Shown: positions 30,128 through 41,440 of the stretch, one piece after another
Layout of the letters: every line of letters starts with the position of its first letter
How positions within the stretch are numbered: position 1 is the first letter of the stretch
DNA from: Bacteroidota bacterium
GTDB lineage: Bacteria > Bacteroidota > Rhodothermia > Rhodothermales > Bin80
Direction of reading: 5' to 3'
Assembly (NCBI GenBank): GCA_026709065.1
Contig: JAPOTS010000115.1
Coordinates: 5,929 to 69,928, forward strand
DNA length: 64,000 bases
Translations under genes and position numbers: made by a program
The notes under the pieces: model-generated
Told to the model about the DNA's origin: nothing
What the model saw: only the letters and a program-made list of their open reading frames with translations
Databases searched by the model: none

Positions 30128-30613
30128 CTAATTTTGGAGCGAAAACCAAACCCCAAACCGAGTAATTGGACGTTGCATTCCTAATTCAAAAAACAATGTG
30201 AGATCCTGATATGGTTGAGTGTATCTCAAAAAGGGATCTAGAAAAAGACTAAACTGACGATTCTTTTCTGCATGAGTTGGACGTTGCAGGAAATGAAGTG
30301 CTGGGCCAAATCGAATGCCGATATAAAAATCATACTGATAATCAGCACGCCCAATCACTCTTAAAATTCCAAGTGGTCTAAGAGCCGCTCCGACACCTGC
30401 GGAAAGATAAAACGGGGTTCGGCTTTTCCAAAGCTCAGAATCAAAAGATGCTAAGACTTCAACAGAATGCACACTATAAGACTCTACATACACAAATTGA
30501 GCGCCAGCCCCAGGCCATCCACCGAGTCCTATTTGAAGTTGCGAGGGCTGTGCAGACGCATCAAACCCAAGTAACAACGGAATCAAGAGTATCATCAATC
30601 GACGATAAGGCAT
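30128..30613 (-). CDS. Hypothetical secreted small beta-barrel-like protein
   Basis: 161 aa with signal peptide MILLIPLLLGFDASAQ and an aromatic C-terminus. No motif recognised. Confidence 0.5.
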   Translation of the reverse strand: MPYRRLMILLIPLLLGFDASAQPSQLQIGLGGWPGAGAQFVYVESYSVHSVEVLASFDSELWKSRTPFYLSAGVGAALRPLGILRVIGRADYQYDFYIGIRFGPALHFLQRPTHAEKNRQFSLFLDPFLRYTQPYQDLTLFFELGMQRPITRFGVWFSLQN

Positions 30614-31133
30614 AATTATCTTACAGAATAAAAGATTCTCTTTTGGAAAGTCTCAGGAAAATTAAGGACTAATTTATGGAAGTTAAAAGAGCAAAGGACA
30701 ATAACAACTTTCTATGCAAATTAGTCCACGCTTAATCATCAAGAGAACATCCTAATTTGATGTGTAGTGAACTATACCAGTACAAATCAATATTTGAATT
30801 TCATAAACCCGTTAAAATTCACAGGAATAAGCAATCAGATTAGCATAAATTTCATTTATCCTACCCTCGTGCTTAAATAAAGGATGCAAGAAATTTCTCA
30901 ATGGTTTCTATTGCAGAAAGCGTCAGATATTGCGCTATTGATCCAAAGTAATCAATCGCTGAATAACGAATAGTCGTTTGAATTTGAAAGAAATAAACAG
31001 AAAGTAAATTAATTCGTATATTAAACTAAATTAAATCTAAAGGATGCTTTAAAATTGCAGGATTTCATGTCTAACATGAACGTGAGATCATCTGTTTTAA
31101 GCATAAAATCACTCACCACTAAATCGTAGCAAT

Positions 31134-34100
31134 ATGAAATACCGTTACTTTTTCTTCTTTTCCATCATTTTGACGGCAGTAGGATTCACTGCGCCCCCCA
31201 TTTTTGCCCAAAACGGACAAATTGCAGGGTCTATCGTTGATGAAAACGATGAACCATTAGCTGGGGTCAATGTGCTGATCTCAGAGCTCACTGCCGTTGG
31301 CAGTGTTTCTAATGTAGATGGAAATTATATCATTGATAATCTTGAACCTGGTACTTACACGGTAGTCGCTTCATTTGTTGGCTTTACCACGCAAGAATAT
31401 CCGGGCATTCAAGTTAACGCTGGAGAAACCACTGAACTCGACATTGTTCTGGTCCAATCTGCATTGGAGCTGAGTGGGCTTGTTGTTACAGCGTTAGGCG
31501 TTGAGCGCGAAGAACGCTCCTTATCCTACGGAACCCAGACGATCACTCCAGAGGAAATAGCTCAGGCACGAGAGTTAAATGTCGGGTTTTCCTTGGCTGG
31601 TCGGATTGCAGGTCTATCTGTAAATCAGGCTGGTACGGGTCTGGGAGGACAAACGCGGATGATCTTACGCGGAAATCGCTCTATTAGCGGAAGTAGCCAG
31701 CCGTTATTTGTGGTTGACGGAGTTCCAATTCGTGGTGATATTAGCAATATCAATCAGAGTGATATTTCCAATATCACGGTCTTGAAAGGAGCCAATGCCG
31801 CAGCACTCTATGGAAGTGCAGCTCAAAATGGAGCGGTAATTATAACCACCAATCAAGGAACTGCGGGAACGATTTCAGCGCGGTTTAGCACAAACTATAC
31901 CGTACAGGAGCCTCTCATCCTTACAAAATTCCAAAACGAATATGGTCAGGGCAGTGCTGGGCAATACATTGCTAACTCTGAGTTCTCTTGGGGTCCAAGA
32001 ATGGAAGGACAAAGCATGGCTCATTGGAGCCCTGACGAATCCGAAAATGCTCCAGATTATTCATTTTCACCGCAACCAGACAATGTTGCAGATGTGTTTC
32101 GTAGCGGGTATCAGTCCACCAGCAACCTCTCTCTGAATGTTGGATCTCGGGAAATTCAGGGGTACTTTTCCTACGCCTATACCGATGCTAAAGGTATTGT
32201 GCCGGGTAATTCCTTGATTCGTCATAGTGCCCAAGTTCGAGTGACAGCAAAACCCTCCAGCCAATTAACCATTGACGGGAAGTTGAACTACATTCGCTCG
32301 GATTTGAGAAACAGATTGGATACTGGCGAATCGTTCTCAAATCCCATACGCCATGCTTTTCGTCTACCCCGTAATATCAGCACCGTGGAAGCGGAAAACT
32401 ATCATTACGAAGATCCAGTCACCGGTAATCTCCGACAACGATATTGGGTTCCAGGCTCTAATGGCGGTGCTAATCCCTATTGGACATTGAACCGAAATTT
32501 ACGCACCGGCTCGGATGATCGAATCATTCTGCTGAGTTCTATTAATTATGAATTTATTGATGGACTTTCATTGATGGTTCGTGGTTCCTATGATGGTAAT
32601 GCAGGTAGCGGAACCAGAACGTTGTGGGCCGATAGTTACATTATTGCTGATAATGGTCGATATTCTCTTAGTAAGAGTAATTCCTACATATTTAATGGAG
32701 ACGCTCTTCTCACCTATCAGACTTTGCTACCAGAGCTTGATCTTGATATTGAAGTCAGTGCTGGAGGTAATACTCAGAAGAGGCGAAATACGTCACTTAC
32801 GGCAGATACAGGGACATCTCTCATTGTTCGAAACTTTTTCACACTATCCAATACGCTACGAAGTAATGCCTCTCAAGGGGTCGGTTCGCCCATAGACATC
32901 AATTCGGTTTATGGATTTGCAAAAATTGGATGGAGAGATGCCTTGTACTTGGACATCACGGCACGCAATGACTGGAGTTCTACATTGCCAGAGGATAATT
33001 GGTCTTATTTCTACCCATCGGTAGGACTTTCTGCGGTGTTCTCCGAACTGCTTCCTTTGCCTGATGCGATTAGCTTTGGACGGATTCGAGCCTCTTATGC
33101 ACAGGTCGGCAATAGCACCTCTCCCTTCCAACTTTTTCGAACTGCAGGAATTGCAGGGGGTGGATTGAACGGATTTGTAGATTTGAGTGGAACGATTCCC
33201 AATGAAAATCTGCTTCCCGAAGAGACAGCGTCTATTGAATTAGGATTAGACATGCGCTTTCTTCAAAGCCGTTTCGGGTTTGACTTGACGTATTACAACA
33301 CACAAACTCAAAACCAGCTCTTCTCCGTTGCCCTACCGATTGGTTCAGGTGCGGGCAACTTCTTTACCAATGGAGGAGATGTTCGCAATGAAGGCTTTGA
33401 GGTCATGTTGAATGTCGTCCCCGTCCGAACGGATGATGTCAATGTGAATGTGGATCTGAACTTTTCCGCCAACACCAACATGGTGGAGTCAATTTCGGTT
33501 GAATCCCCACGCGTGCAAATCGCTAGTGACTTCCTACGTGCATACTTCATTGAGGAAGGAGAAGAGTTTGGCAATGTCTATTCTCGCGGGTTCATGCGTG
33601 ATGACCAGAACCGAGTCATAGTGGGTGATAATGGTGTACCAATGGTTACCCCCGGTCGTGATATACCGGTTGCTAACTATAATCCAGATTGGCTTGGAAG
33701 CATAGTCTTGACGGGATCATACAAGAATTGGGATGCTAGCCTTCTGATAGACCATCGTCAAGGAGGGACAATCACATCCATCACCAATGCAATCATGTAC
33801 GCCGACGGTGTAACTGAGGAAACGCTTCAAGGCCGCGATGGAGGACTCATTTTTGGTGACAACTTCTGGGGAGATATAGATGCTGTCAACGAAGACGGGT
33901 CGCCCAATACCACTCCTGTGGATGCCGAAACCTTCTGGCGTGCAGTCGGAGGTCGCAACGCTCCTGTTGGCGAAGCCTTTGTTGTAGATGCCACCAATAC
34001 TCGCCTGCGTGAATTTACGCTTGGATACACCTTTCCCGCTTCGGTATTTGGGAATGCTCCGATTTCGGGTATAAGGCTGTCACTGGTTGGAAGAAACCTA

Positions 34101-34235
34101 TTGTATATTTATCGAAAGTCGGAAAATATTGACCCTGATGTCCTCATTGGCACAGGTAAGGCTGCCGAAGGGTTTGATTCTTTCGCCCCGCCATCTTCGC
34201 GCTCATTTGGGTTCAATCTCTCCATCGATTATTAA
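31134..34235 (+). CDS. SusC/RagA-family TonB-dependent outer-membrane transporter
   Basis: 1033 aa. Signal peptide, a carboxypeptidase-regulatory-like domain (GSIVDENDEPLAGVNV), a plug (ITVLKGANAAALYGSAAQNGAVIITT) and a C-terminal barrel ending in an aromatic residue. Confidence 0.92.
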   Translation: MKYRYFFFFSIILTAVGFTAPPIFAQNGQIAGSIVDENDEPLAGVNVLISELTAVGSVSNVDGNYIIDNLEPGTYTVVASFVGFTTQEYPGIQVNAGETTELDIVLVQSALELSGLVVTALGVEREERSLSYGTQTITPEEIAQARELNVGFSLAGRIAGLSVNQAGTGLGGQTRMILRGNRSISGSSQPLFVVDGVPIRGDISNINQSDISNITVLKGANAAALYGSAAQNGAVIITTNQGTAGTISARFSTNYTVQEPLILTKFQNEYGQGSAGQYIANSEFSWGPRMEGQSMAHWSPDESENAPDYSFSPQPDNVADVFRSGYQSTSNLSLNVGSREIQGYFSYAYTDAKGIVPGNSLIRHSAQVRVTAKPSSQLTIDGKLNYIRSDLRNRLDTGESFSNPIRHAFRLPRNISTVEAENYHYEDPVTGNLRQRYWVPGSNGGANPYWTLNRNLRTGSDDRIILLSSINYEFIDGLSLMVRGSYDGNAGSGTRTLWADSYIIADNGRYSLSKSNSYIFNGDALLTYQTLLPELDLDIEVSAGGNTQKRRNTSLTADTGTSLIVRNFFTLSNTLRSNASQGVGSPIDINSVYGFAKIGWRDALYLDITARNDWSSTLPEDNWSYFYPSVGLSAVFSELLPLPDAISFGRIRASYAQVGNSTSPFQLFRTAGIAGGGLNGFVDLSGTIPNENLLPEETASIELGLDMRFLQSRFGFDLTYYNTQTQNQLFSVALPIGSGAGNFFTNGGDVRNEGFEVMLNVVPVRTDDVNVNVDLNFSANTNMVESISVESPRVQIASDFLRAYFIEEGEEFGNVYSRGFMRDDQNRVIVGDNGVPMVTPGRDIPVANYNPDWLGSIVLTGSYKNWDASLLIDHRQGGTITSITNAIMYADGVTEETLQGRDGGLIFGDNFWGDIDAVNEDGSPNTTPVDAETFWRAVGGRNAPVGEAFVVDATNTRLREFTLGYTFPASVFGNAPISGIRLSLVGRNLLYIYRKSENIDPDVLIGTGKAAEGFDSFAPPSSRSFGFNLSIDY

Positions 34236-34280
34236 TTGCACATGTACCGCTCACATAACCCTTCAAACGAAAGGATAACA

Positions 34281-35885
34281 ATGAAAAAAAGATTACTAAA
34301 TACAAAACATTGGATCTTACTGGTTGCATTTTGCACAGTACTGTCTTTTTCTGTGTCTAGTTGCACAGACGATTTTGTAGATTTGAATACGCCGCCCAAC
34401 CAGATCTCTGCAGAAAACATTGATGTGGGACTTGGACAAGCGTTTGCACGCTCTCAGTATTTAGGCATGTTGGGACTACACTGGGTGTTTCAAATTGGTG
34501 AAAACCTTTTTGCCGATTTGTATGCTCAGTACTATGCAACCACTGCAGAAAACTTTGATTCTGACCAGTATGTACAAGTTGGACGCTGGTCTGATCTTCT
34601 TTGGTCACGGTTCTACGGAAATGGAGCTCGGAGTTTAGATGTCGTTGAAAAATTCACGGCCGATCCAGAGAATCCAGGACTTGAGCTACCCAATGCTATG
34701 GCGAAGCTGTGGAGAGTTCAGCTGTATCACCGGATTACCGACTATTGGGGTCCGGTCCTGTATACGAATTATGGTAATGGAGAGACCTCTGTATCCTACG
34801 ATTCACAGCAGGATATCTATATGAATTTCTTTACTACACTTGATGAGGCACTCGCTGTAATGAATCAGAATCAAGGTGGGAACGTTTTTGCCGGGCACGA
34901 CCAAGTGTATAATGGAAGTGTAGACAGCTGGATTACCTTTGCCAATTCGCTTAGACTGCGCTTAGCCATGCGCATCCGATATGCAGATCCTTCCAAAGCT
35001 CAGGCAGAGGCCGAAAAGGCTGTAGCAGCTGGAGTGATGCTGGAGAATTCGCATAATGCTATGATGCTGACCGCTGCTGGCTCCGAACACCCCCTTACCA
35101 CCATTACCAACTGGGGTGAATTTCGTATGAGTTCGGCCATGGAAAGTCTTCTGGAAGGATACAATGACCCAAGGATAGAAACCTATTTCAGTGCTGCCAA
35201 GAATGGAGATGCAGATGGAGATGGCAGTGAATATGAGGGATTGAGAAACGGCTTGCCTCGTACACAGAAGGGTGCTTCAATCAACCCAGTGTATTCTGAT
35301 GTCGGTGAAAGGTGGGAGCCACCTCGTAGAGGCGGAACCCCCATTCGAGTTATGGGTGCATCAGAGATCTACTTCCTCCGTGCGGAGGGTGCTCTTTTGG
35401 GTTGGAATATGGGAGGAACTCCTCAGGAACTCTATGAGGAGGGGATTCGAGTTTCCATGACGGAAGAACGTATAGGAGCCGATATGGCTTCGATTGATGC
35501 ATATATCGCTAGTGAAAGTCTTCCATCAGCACCCCATGAGAACGAAGATCAATGGCAGGATACGCCACCACTGAGCGATATTCCCGTTGCATTTGACACA
35601 GGTGGTTCCATGGAGCGCCAGCTGGAGCAGATCATTACTCAAAAATGGTTGGCGATTTTTCCAGATGGAATGGAAGCTTGGGCCGAGTATCGCCGCACGG
35701 GTTATCCAAAGTTATACCCAATCATTAATTCGGAAAATCCAAATGTTGCCGCGGATGAGGTGATGCGACGCTTGACGTTCGTTACTAGCGAATATGATAA
35801 CAATACGGATGCCACGAACGCGGCCATATCACTACTTGGAGGCCCTGATCAGAATGACACGAAATTGTGGTGGGATAAGAAATAG
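34281..35885 (+). CDS. SusD/RagB-family nutrient-binding lipoprotein
   Basis: Start at MKKRLLNTKHWILLVAFCTVLSFSVSSCTDDF (lipobox). Follows SusC directly. C-terminal QKWLAIFPDGMEAWAEYRRTGYPKL motif. Confidence 0.9.
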   Translation: MKKRLLNTKHWILLVAFCTVLSFSVSSCTDDFVDLNTPPNQISAENIDVGLGQAFARSQYLGMLGLHWVFQIGENLFADLYAQYYATTAENFDSDQYVQVGRWSDLLWSRFYGNGARSLDVVEKFTADPENPGLELPNAMAKLWRVQLYHRITDYWGPVLYTNYGNGETSVSYDSQQDIYMNFFTTLDEALAVMNQNQGGNVFAGHDQVYNGSVDSWITFANSLRLRLAMRIRYADPSKAQAEAEKAVAAGVMLENSHNAMMLTAAGSEHPLTTITNWGEFRMSSAMESLLEGYNDPRIETYFSAAKNGDADGDGSEYEGLRNGLPRTQKGASINPVYSDVGERWEPPRRGGTPIRVMGASEIYFLRAEGALLGWNMGGTPQELYEEGIRVSMTEERIGADMASIDAYIASESLPSAPHENEDQWQDTPPLSDIPVAFDTGGSMERQLEQIITQKWLAIFPDGMEAWAEYRRTGYPKLYPIINSENPNVAADEVMRRLTFVTSEYDNNTDATNAAISLLGGPDQNDTKLWWDKK

Positions 35886-35956
35886 TTGTCTACAGGGCTA
35901 CAAAGTCTTATCATACATCCTTTTAATTACGGAATACTCTCCTAATTAGGATCGGA

Positions 35957-36007
35957 ATCACCCTCTACTTTAGTCGAAAGACACAGAGTAGAGGGTGATT
36001 TATTTAT
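35957..36007 (+). terminator. Rho-independent terminator candidate after the susD-like gene
   Basis: A 13-bp perfect stem, ATCACCCTCTACT (35957-35969) with AGTAGAGGGTGAT (35987-35999), and a 17-nt loop, followed by TTTATTT. Confidence 0.6.
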
Positions 36008-36067
36008 GGAAGAGACACAATCTCCTTCATCAGTATTCTCCAACGCCATCCCTAATCCGTAGGAACA

Positions 36068-39000
36068 ATGAAGCATTTTATCGGAGTGGAAAATCTTCCT
36101 GGTAAAATCACTGCTATCACAAGTGTTTTCATTGGAGGCTTGATCAGCCTTAGCACTGCCGGGTGTGGAAAGAATCCTTCTTCCCCTGCCATGTTTGAGC
36201 GGATCATGCCATCTCATTCAGGGATTCATTTTGTCAACAACGTGTCCTACACGGACTCGCTTAATATCTATTCCTACAATAATTTTTATGCTGGCGGTGG
36301 AGTTGCACTTGCGGACTTTAATGGAGATTCTCAACTAGATATTTACTTGGTCAGTAATCAAGATACCAACAGGCTGTATCTGAATCAAGGTGGTTTTGTA
36401 TTTGAAGATGCAACCGAAACGGCAGGAGTGTCGGGTGCTTTCCCATGGTCTACTGGTGCAAGTGTGGTAGATATTAATGCCGACGGCTTCCCAGATTTAT
36501 ATGTCACAAATGCGGGGGCATTCCAATCCGAGTTTCGATCAAATGAACTGTTTATCAACAATGGAGATGGAACATTCACCCAGAGAGCTCAGCATTATGG
36601 GCTTGCAGATGAAGGTTACTCCATTCATGCCGTATTTTTTGATTATGATCGTGATGGTTTATTAGATGTTTACATCGCTAACAATTACCATTCAAAACCC
36701 ATTGCAGCGTATGATCCAAGCCAGTTGGATCGCACCGTTGCATACTTTGAAGGTGGTGACCGGTTGTACCGTAATGAAGGACAATCTTTTTTAGATGTAA
36801 CCGCTTCCGCGGGCATATACAGTTCGGAGGCAGGATTTACTCTCGGGGCCACTGCAGGTGATCTCAATCGAGACGGATGCATGGATCTCTATGTCTCAAA
36901 CGATTTCTTTGAGCGGGATTATCTCTATATCAATCAATGCGATGGAACCTTCAAGGAATCGCTTCAACAAACATTCTCAAGCATCAGCACCACATCTATG
37001 AGTGGTGATATTGCAGATTTGAATAATGATGGTGCCCCAGAGATCTTTATATCGGATATGCTCCCAGCCACACACGCGCGCATTAAGAGCGTGTCCAACT
37101 TTATAGAATGGGAAAAATACCTTGAAGAAGTTCGCCTTGATTACCATCACAAATTTCTTCGAAATACACTCCACTTGAACAATGATGATGGGTCATTTAG
37201 TGAGATTGGCCGCTATGCAGGGGTGGAATCAACCGATTGGAGTTGGGGTGGGTTGATAGCCGATTTTAGCCTGAATGGATGGCGAGAGATCTTTGTTCCA
37301 AACGGATTCTATAAAGATGTCACGGACAAAGATTTACTGATGGCTTCTGCAGGCCTTCGTGCTACGGGGCTCCAAGGTCAATCGTTTGTTCGACAAGTGA
37401 TAGAAATGATGCCAAGTGTGCCCATTTCAAATCACATGTTTCAAAACATGGGATCAATGCGATTCGCTGACAGGGCTATGGATTGGGGATTGGATACACC
37501 AGGATTTTCAAGTGGAGCTGCTTATGGAGATTTGGACGGAGACGGAGATCTTGACCTTGTTGTTAATAATGTGAACATGGAGGCATTCATCTATGAGAAT
37601 AAAGCCATAGAGCAGTTTCCTAATCGTAGCTGGATCAGCATTGAATTACTCGGAGAGTCACCCAATGTCATGGCAGTAGGGGCTCAAGTTGATGTTAAGC
37701 ATCAAGATCAATTCTGGTATATAGAACAGATGCCTCAGAGAGGGTTTCAGTCATCAGTAGATCCTGTGCTTCATTTGGGGCTTGGCTTAGAGGTTGACCG
37801 CTTGGATACGGTATTGGTGAGCTGGCCTGATGGGCGCATTTCATTATTATCTAACATTGAAACGCATCAGCGACTTTCTCTTGATCAGCGCGATGCAGTC
37901 TGGCCTGATTCAAGCCATCAACGACTTTCTTCAGATGGGTTGACATATGCTGATCCTTTTCTGACAGATATATCCATAAACTTGGGGGCTATGTGGAGTC
38001 ATATTGAGCAACCCTTCAATGATTTTCAGGATTCACCATTGCTGTTCCATATGCGATCAACAGAAGGGCCTCCCCTTTGTCCACAGGATTTTGATTCGGA
38101 TGGGCGCGATGATGTGTTTGTTGGTGGAGGGAGAGGACAGCCAGGCATGCTACTCAAACATATCACAGATGGACAACTGATCCAAACTCATCAGCCCATC
38201 TTGGAAGAAGATAAGAATGCAGAAGATGTTGTGTGCGAGTGGGTAGACCTCAATGGGGATGGTCGTCCAGAGTTGTATGTTGCAAGTGGAAGCAGTGAAT
38301 TTCCGAGCGGACATCCTGATCTATCAGATCGCGTGTATGAGATAAATCCGGACGGTTTTCTTCAGCGTTTTGAATTTCTGTTACCCAACTCTAAGACTCC
38401 GACAGGAGTTGTTCGTGCGGGTGATCCTGACATTGATGGGGATGTAGATATTCTAATTGGAATTCGCCATGGTGCCACATATGGCCAACCTGTGGATATC
38501 CAGCTTTTATCCAATGATGGTGATGGGAGGTTACATGATGCGACACAACAAATGATACCTGAAATTTCTGAGTTATCTATTCCAGGTATTACAGATGCGC
38601 AATGGGGAGACCTCAACAGAGATGGATATCCTGACTTGGTAGTCGTTGGAGAGTGGATGCCCATCATGATATTTCTCAATCAAGATGGAATTCTACAGCG
38701 TATTGATCCAGAAAAGATAGGGTTATCAAATACATCGGGATGGTGGCAGTCTGTTGAGCTCTCGGATCTCAATGGAGATGGTGCTTTAGATATCATTGCT
38801 GGTAATCATGGACTTAACTCACGCTTCAAGGCCAGTCCAAGTCAACCACTTGAGTTATGGGTTCATGACTTTGATCGTAATCAGCAATTGGATCAGATCA
38901 TCTCAGGCTATGATAAGACGGGCGGTCCATGGCCGTTTGCTCAGCGCGAGTTTCTTCTGTCATATTTTGGTCTTGCTCCCTTTATTGCCCGAAGTCAGAT

Positions 39001-39517
39001 GGGCTTTGGGCAACAGGAACTGCAGATGATTTTTCAGCGCCTGCCCCATTTATCTCCGCTTGCCGAACCATTTGACTCCTATGCTACCATGACAGTCCAT
39101 GATCTCTTTAGCGATGAGTTAAACCATGCCCTACATTATTCAGCAGAGCTCATGGAATCCGTGGTTGCTTGGAATCAGCAAGATGGCACATTTGAGCTTG
39201 AAGTGCTACCGTTTCGCTCGCAGTTGACACCTGTTTACGGCATTTTTACTGAGGATTTTGACGCTGATGGACGCTCTGAAATCCTCATCGGAGGTAATTT
39301 ATATAACGCAATTCCTCAGGCGGGGCGTTATGATGCGGGATATGGCATCATGCTAACCCAAGACTCTACGGGGCAGTATGTAGAGGTCCCTCCAATCGAA
39401 AGTGGTTTTCATATTGAAGGAGAAATTCGTGCGATTAAAGGCCTGCGTTCTCAGCACCATCTGTACATTGTTGTTTCCACCAGTGGAGGCCTGCTTCATC
39501 TATTTCGCGTTGAGTAG
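36068..39517 (+). CDS. FG-GAP/VCBS repeat lipoprotein with ASPIC/UnbV domain (CRTAC1-like)
   Basis: 1149 aa with lipobox LSTAGCG. Repeated DxNGDGxxD(L/I)(Y/V)V motifs. An UnbV/ASPIC-like segment reads WISIELLGESPNVMAVGAQVDV. Confidence 0.85.
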   Translation: MKHFIGVENLPGKITAITSVFIGGLISLSTAGCGKNPSSPAMFERIMPSHSGIHFVNNVSYTDSLNIYSYNNFYAGGGVALADFNGDSQLDIYLVSNQDTNRLYLNQGGFVFEDATETAGVSGAFPWSTGASVVDINADGFPDLYVTNAGAFQSEFRSNELFINNGDGTFTQRAQHYGLADEGYSIHAVFFDYDRDGLLDVYIANNYHSKPIAAYDPSQLDRTVAYFEGGDRLYRNEGQSFLDVTASAGIYSSEAGFTLGATAGDLNRDGCMDLYVSNDFFERDYLYINQCDGTFKESLQQTFSSISTTSMSGDIADLNNDGAPEIFISDMLPATHARIKSVSNFIEWEKYLEEVRLDYHHKFLRNTLHLNNDDGSFSEIGRYAGVESTDWSWGGLIADFSLNGWREIFVPNGFYKDVTDKDLLMASAGLRATGLQGQSFVRQVIEMMPSVPISNHMFQNMGSMRFADRAMDWGLDTPGFSSGAAYGDLDGDGDLDLVVNNVNMEAFIYENKAIEQFPNRSWISIELLGESPNVMAVGAQVDVKHQDQFWYIEQMPQRGFQSSVDPVLHLGLGLEVDRLDTVLVSWPDGRISLLSNIETHQRLSLDQRDAVWPDSSHQRLSSDGLTYADPFLTDISINLGAMWSHIEQPFNDFQDSPLLFHMRSTEGPPLCPQDFDSDGRDDVFVGGGRGQPGMLLKHITDGQLIQTHQPILEEDKNAEDVVCEWVDLNGDGRPELYVASGSSEFPSGHPDLSDRVYEINPDGFLQRFEFLLPNSKTPTGVVRAGDPDIDGDVDILIGIRHGATYGQPVDIQLLSNDGDGRLHDATQQMIPEISELSIPGITDAQWGDLNRDGYPDLVVVGEWMPIMIFLNQDGILQRIDPEKIGLSNTSGWWQSVELSDLNGDGALDIIAGNHGLNSRFKASPSQPLELWVHDFDRNQQLDQIISGYDKTGGPWPFAQREFLLSYFGLAPFIARSQMGFGQQELQMIFQRLPHLSPLAEPFDSYATMTVHDLFSDELNHALHYSAELMESVVAWNQQDGTFELEVLPFRSQLTPVYGIFTEDFDADGRSEILIGGNLYNAIPQAGRYDAGYGIMLTQDSTGQYVEVPPIESGFHIEGEIRAIKGLRSQHHLYIVVSTSGGLLHLFRVE

Positions 39518-39687
39518 CAGAAGACTTTGAAGGAATATCTCATCCATTAGTGATAGATCATTAACCACTCCTGATGTAGCATAAGCATTCGCACATCGTA
39601 TAACTCCTAAATTTCATCTATCTCATTTTTAATGGAGAACGCGCACAGATTCATTGATCCCCACTCAAAGTTTAATGGATTAAGTAA

Positions 39688-40785
39688 ATGTCTTTGAATT
39701 GTGGGATCGTTGGTCTTCCAAATATTGGAAAATCAACCCTCTTCAATGCGCTCAGCGGAATTGGAGCAGCGGCTGCCAATTATCCGTTCTGTACCATTGA
39801 GCCTAATCGGGGCATTGTCCCTGTTCCAGATCAGAGGCTTCATCAGTTAGTAGCAGTTTCTCCGTCGGCAAAAGTGGTTCCAAGTTCGATAGAGTTTGTT
39901 GATATTGCGGGCCTAGTTTCTGGAGCATCACGTGGAGAGGGTTTAGGGAATGCTTTTTTGGGTCATATTCGGCAGGTAGATGCAATCGTGCATGTTGTAC
40001 GATGTTTTGAAGCATCAGACATATCTCATGTGGAGGGTAGTATAGATCCAAAGCGCGATATTGAGATCATCCAGACCGAACTCTTACTCAAAGATCTGGA
40101 AACTGCAGAGCGCTTCAAGGAAAAATGGGAAAAAGCGGCCAAAAGTGGAAGCTCAGATGCAGTAGCACGTGCAACACTTGGGGCGCGGATTGCATCTCAT
40201 TTGTCTGAGGGAAGACCAGTGAGACTTCTTGAGAGCCTTTCCAGAGAAGAACATCTCTACCTCAAAGAGCTCTGCTTACTGACAAGTCGCCCGGTTTTGT
40301 ATGTTGCAAATGTTGCCGAATCTGATTTGCCTGACGGAAATATTTGGTCAAAGCAGGTTGAAAAGATTGCGGGTTCAGAACAGGCCGAATCTATCGTCAT
40401 CAGTGCAGAATTTGAGGCACAGCTCAATGAGCTGGATGACGAAGAAAAACAAAATTTTCTGAGCTACGAAGGACTAGTTGTCGATGGATTACATCAATTA
40501 CTTCATGCCGCGTATAAATTACTTAACCTCATAACATTCTTTACCCATGGCCCGAATGAAACCCGTGCATGGGCGGTAACGAAAGGAATCACAGCTCCCC
40601 AGGCAGGGGGCGTGATTCATAGCGATTTTGAGAGAGGGTTCATTAGAGCAGAGACAGTGCATGTCAAGGATTTGATTCAAGTAGGTTCTGAAGTAGCTGC
40701 GCGCGCATCTGGAATCATGCGTTCGGAAGGGAAAGATTATGTCGTTCAGGATGGTGATGTTATCCTATTTAGGTTTAATGTGTGA
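39688..40785 (+). CDS. ychF: Redox-regulated ribosome-binding ATPase YchF
   Basis: 365 aa. GIVGLPNIGKSTLFNAL P-loop, DIAGLV, and a C-terminal TGS-like region ending DGDVILFRFNV. Confidence 0.95.
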   Translation: MSLNCGIVGLPNIGKSTLFNALSGIGAAAANYPFCTIEPNRGIVPVPDQRLHQLVAVSPSAKVVPSSIEFVDIAGLVSGASRGEGLGNAFLGHIRQVDAIVHVVRCFEASDISHVEGSIDPKRDIEIIQTELLLKDLETAERFKEKWEKAAKSGSSDAVARATLGARIASHLSEGRPVRLLESLSREEHLYLKELCLLTSRPVLYVANVAESDLPDGNIWSKQVEKIAGSEQAESIVISAEFEAQLNELDDEEKQNFLSYEGLVVDGLHQLLHAAYKLLNLITFFTHGPNETRAWAVTKGITAPQAGGVIHSDFERGFIRAETVHVKDLIQVGSEVAARASGIMRSEGKDYVVQDGDVILFRFNV

Positions 40786-40961
40786 ATTGTATCAATAAGA
40801 TAATACCATACATTCAATCATTTAGACTGTAATCAGACTGAGAGTGTTCAAGTTTTCTTACTATTGGCTCTTCACAGGCCGTGGTATTTTGTAGGATGAT
40901 CGTTGATCAATTACTGCAGGCTGATCTACGCCGCTTTCGAGATCGTCTCTTTGTGTGCCTT

Positions 40962-41440
40962 TCAGTGTTGCGGTAACAGCTAATACAATTCAACTTCGGC
41001 AATCGTATCAATCCGTATGAGCAGTCCACCATCACTCCTCTTGTTTAACCCGTGCAAGGTGCATATCATGAGCATCAAATAGATAATATCCGCACATTGA
41101 GCCGCTTCATGTGAGCCCGCAAACAAATAGTTCTTTCGTCTTATTGTAACCGGGCGGATTCTGTTTTCTACGAGATTCGTTTGACCTCTACATCATCTAA
41201 AAATCGGGCCAGCTCCTACCAACGTACCAACGCATAGTGGACAGACTGCTTCCAAGACTTGGAAATATCATTGTAGTTCACTCTAAAAACGCCTTTATTT
41301 TATCAAAGAGTGGAGCTGATTCCTTCTGACGTTCATCTCATCAAACATCGCATCAATCTTCTTTTTGTACACATCCATCCCAACTGAGATCAAAGATGCA
41401 AAAGGGAACGTTTTGGCATAGGACTGTTCCTGTCTAGTCA
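40962..41440 (-). pseudogene. IS66-family transposase C-terminal relic
   Basis: Own minus-strand translation across frames gives SAPLFDKIKAFLE..., SVHYALVRW*ELARFLDD, IRPVTIRRKNYLFAGSHEAAQCADIIYLML and ...LLPQH*. This matches the conserved IS66 C-terminal third but is interrupted by stops. Confidence 0.6.
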
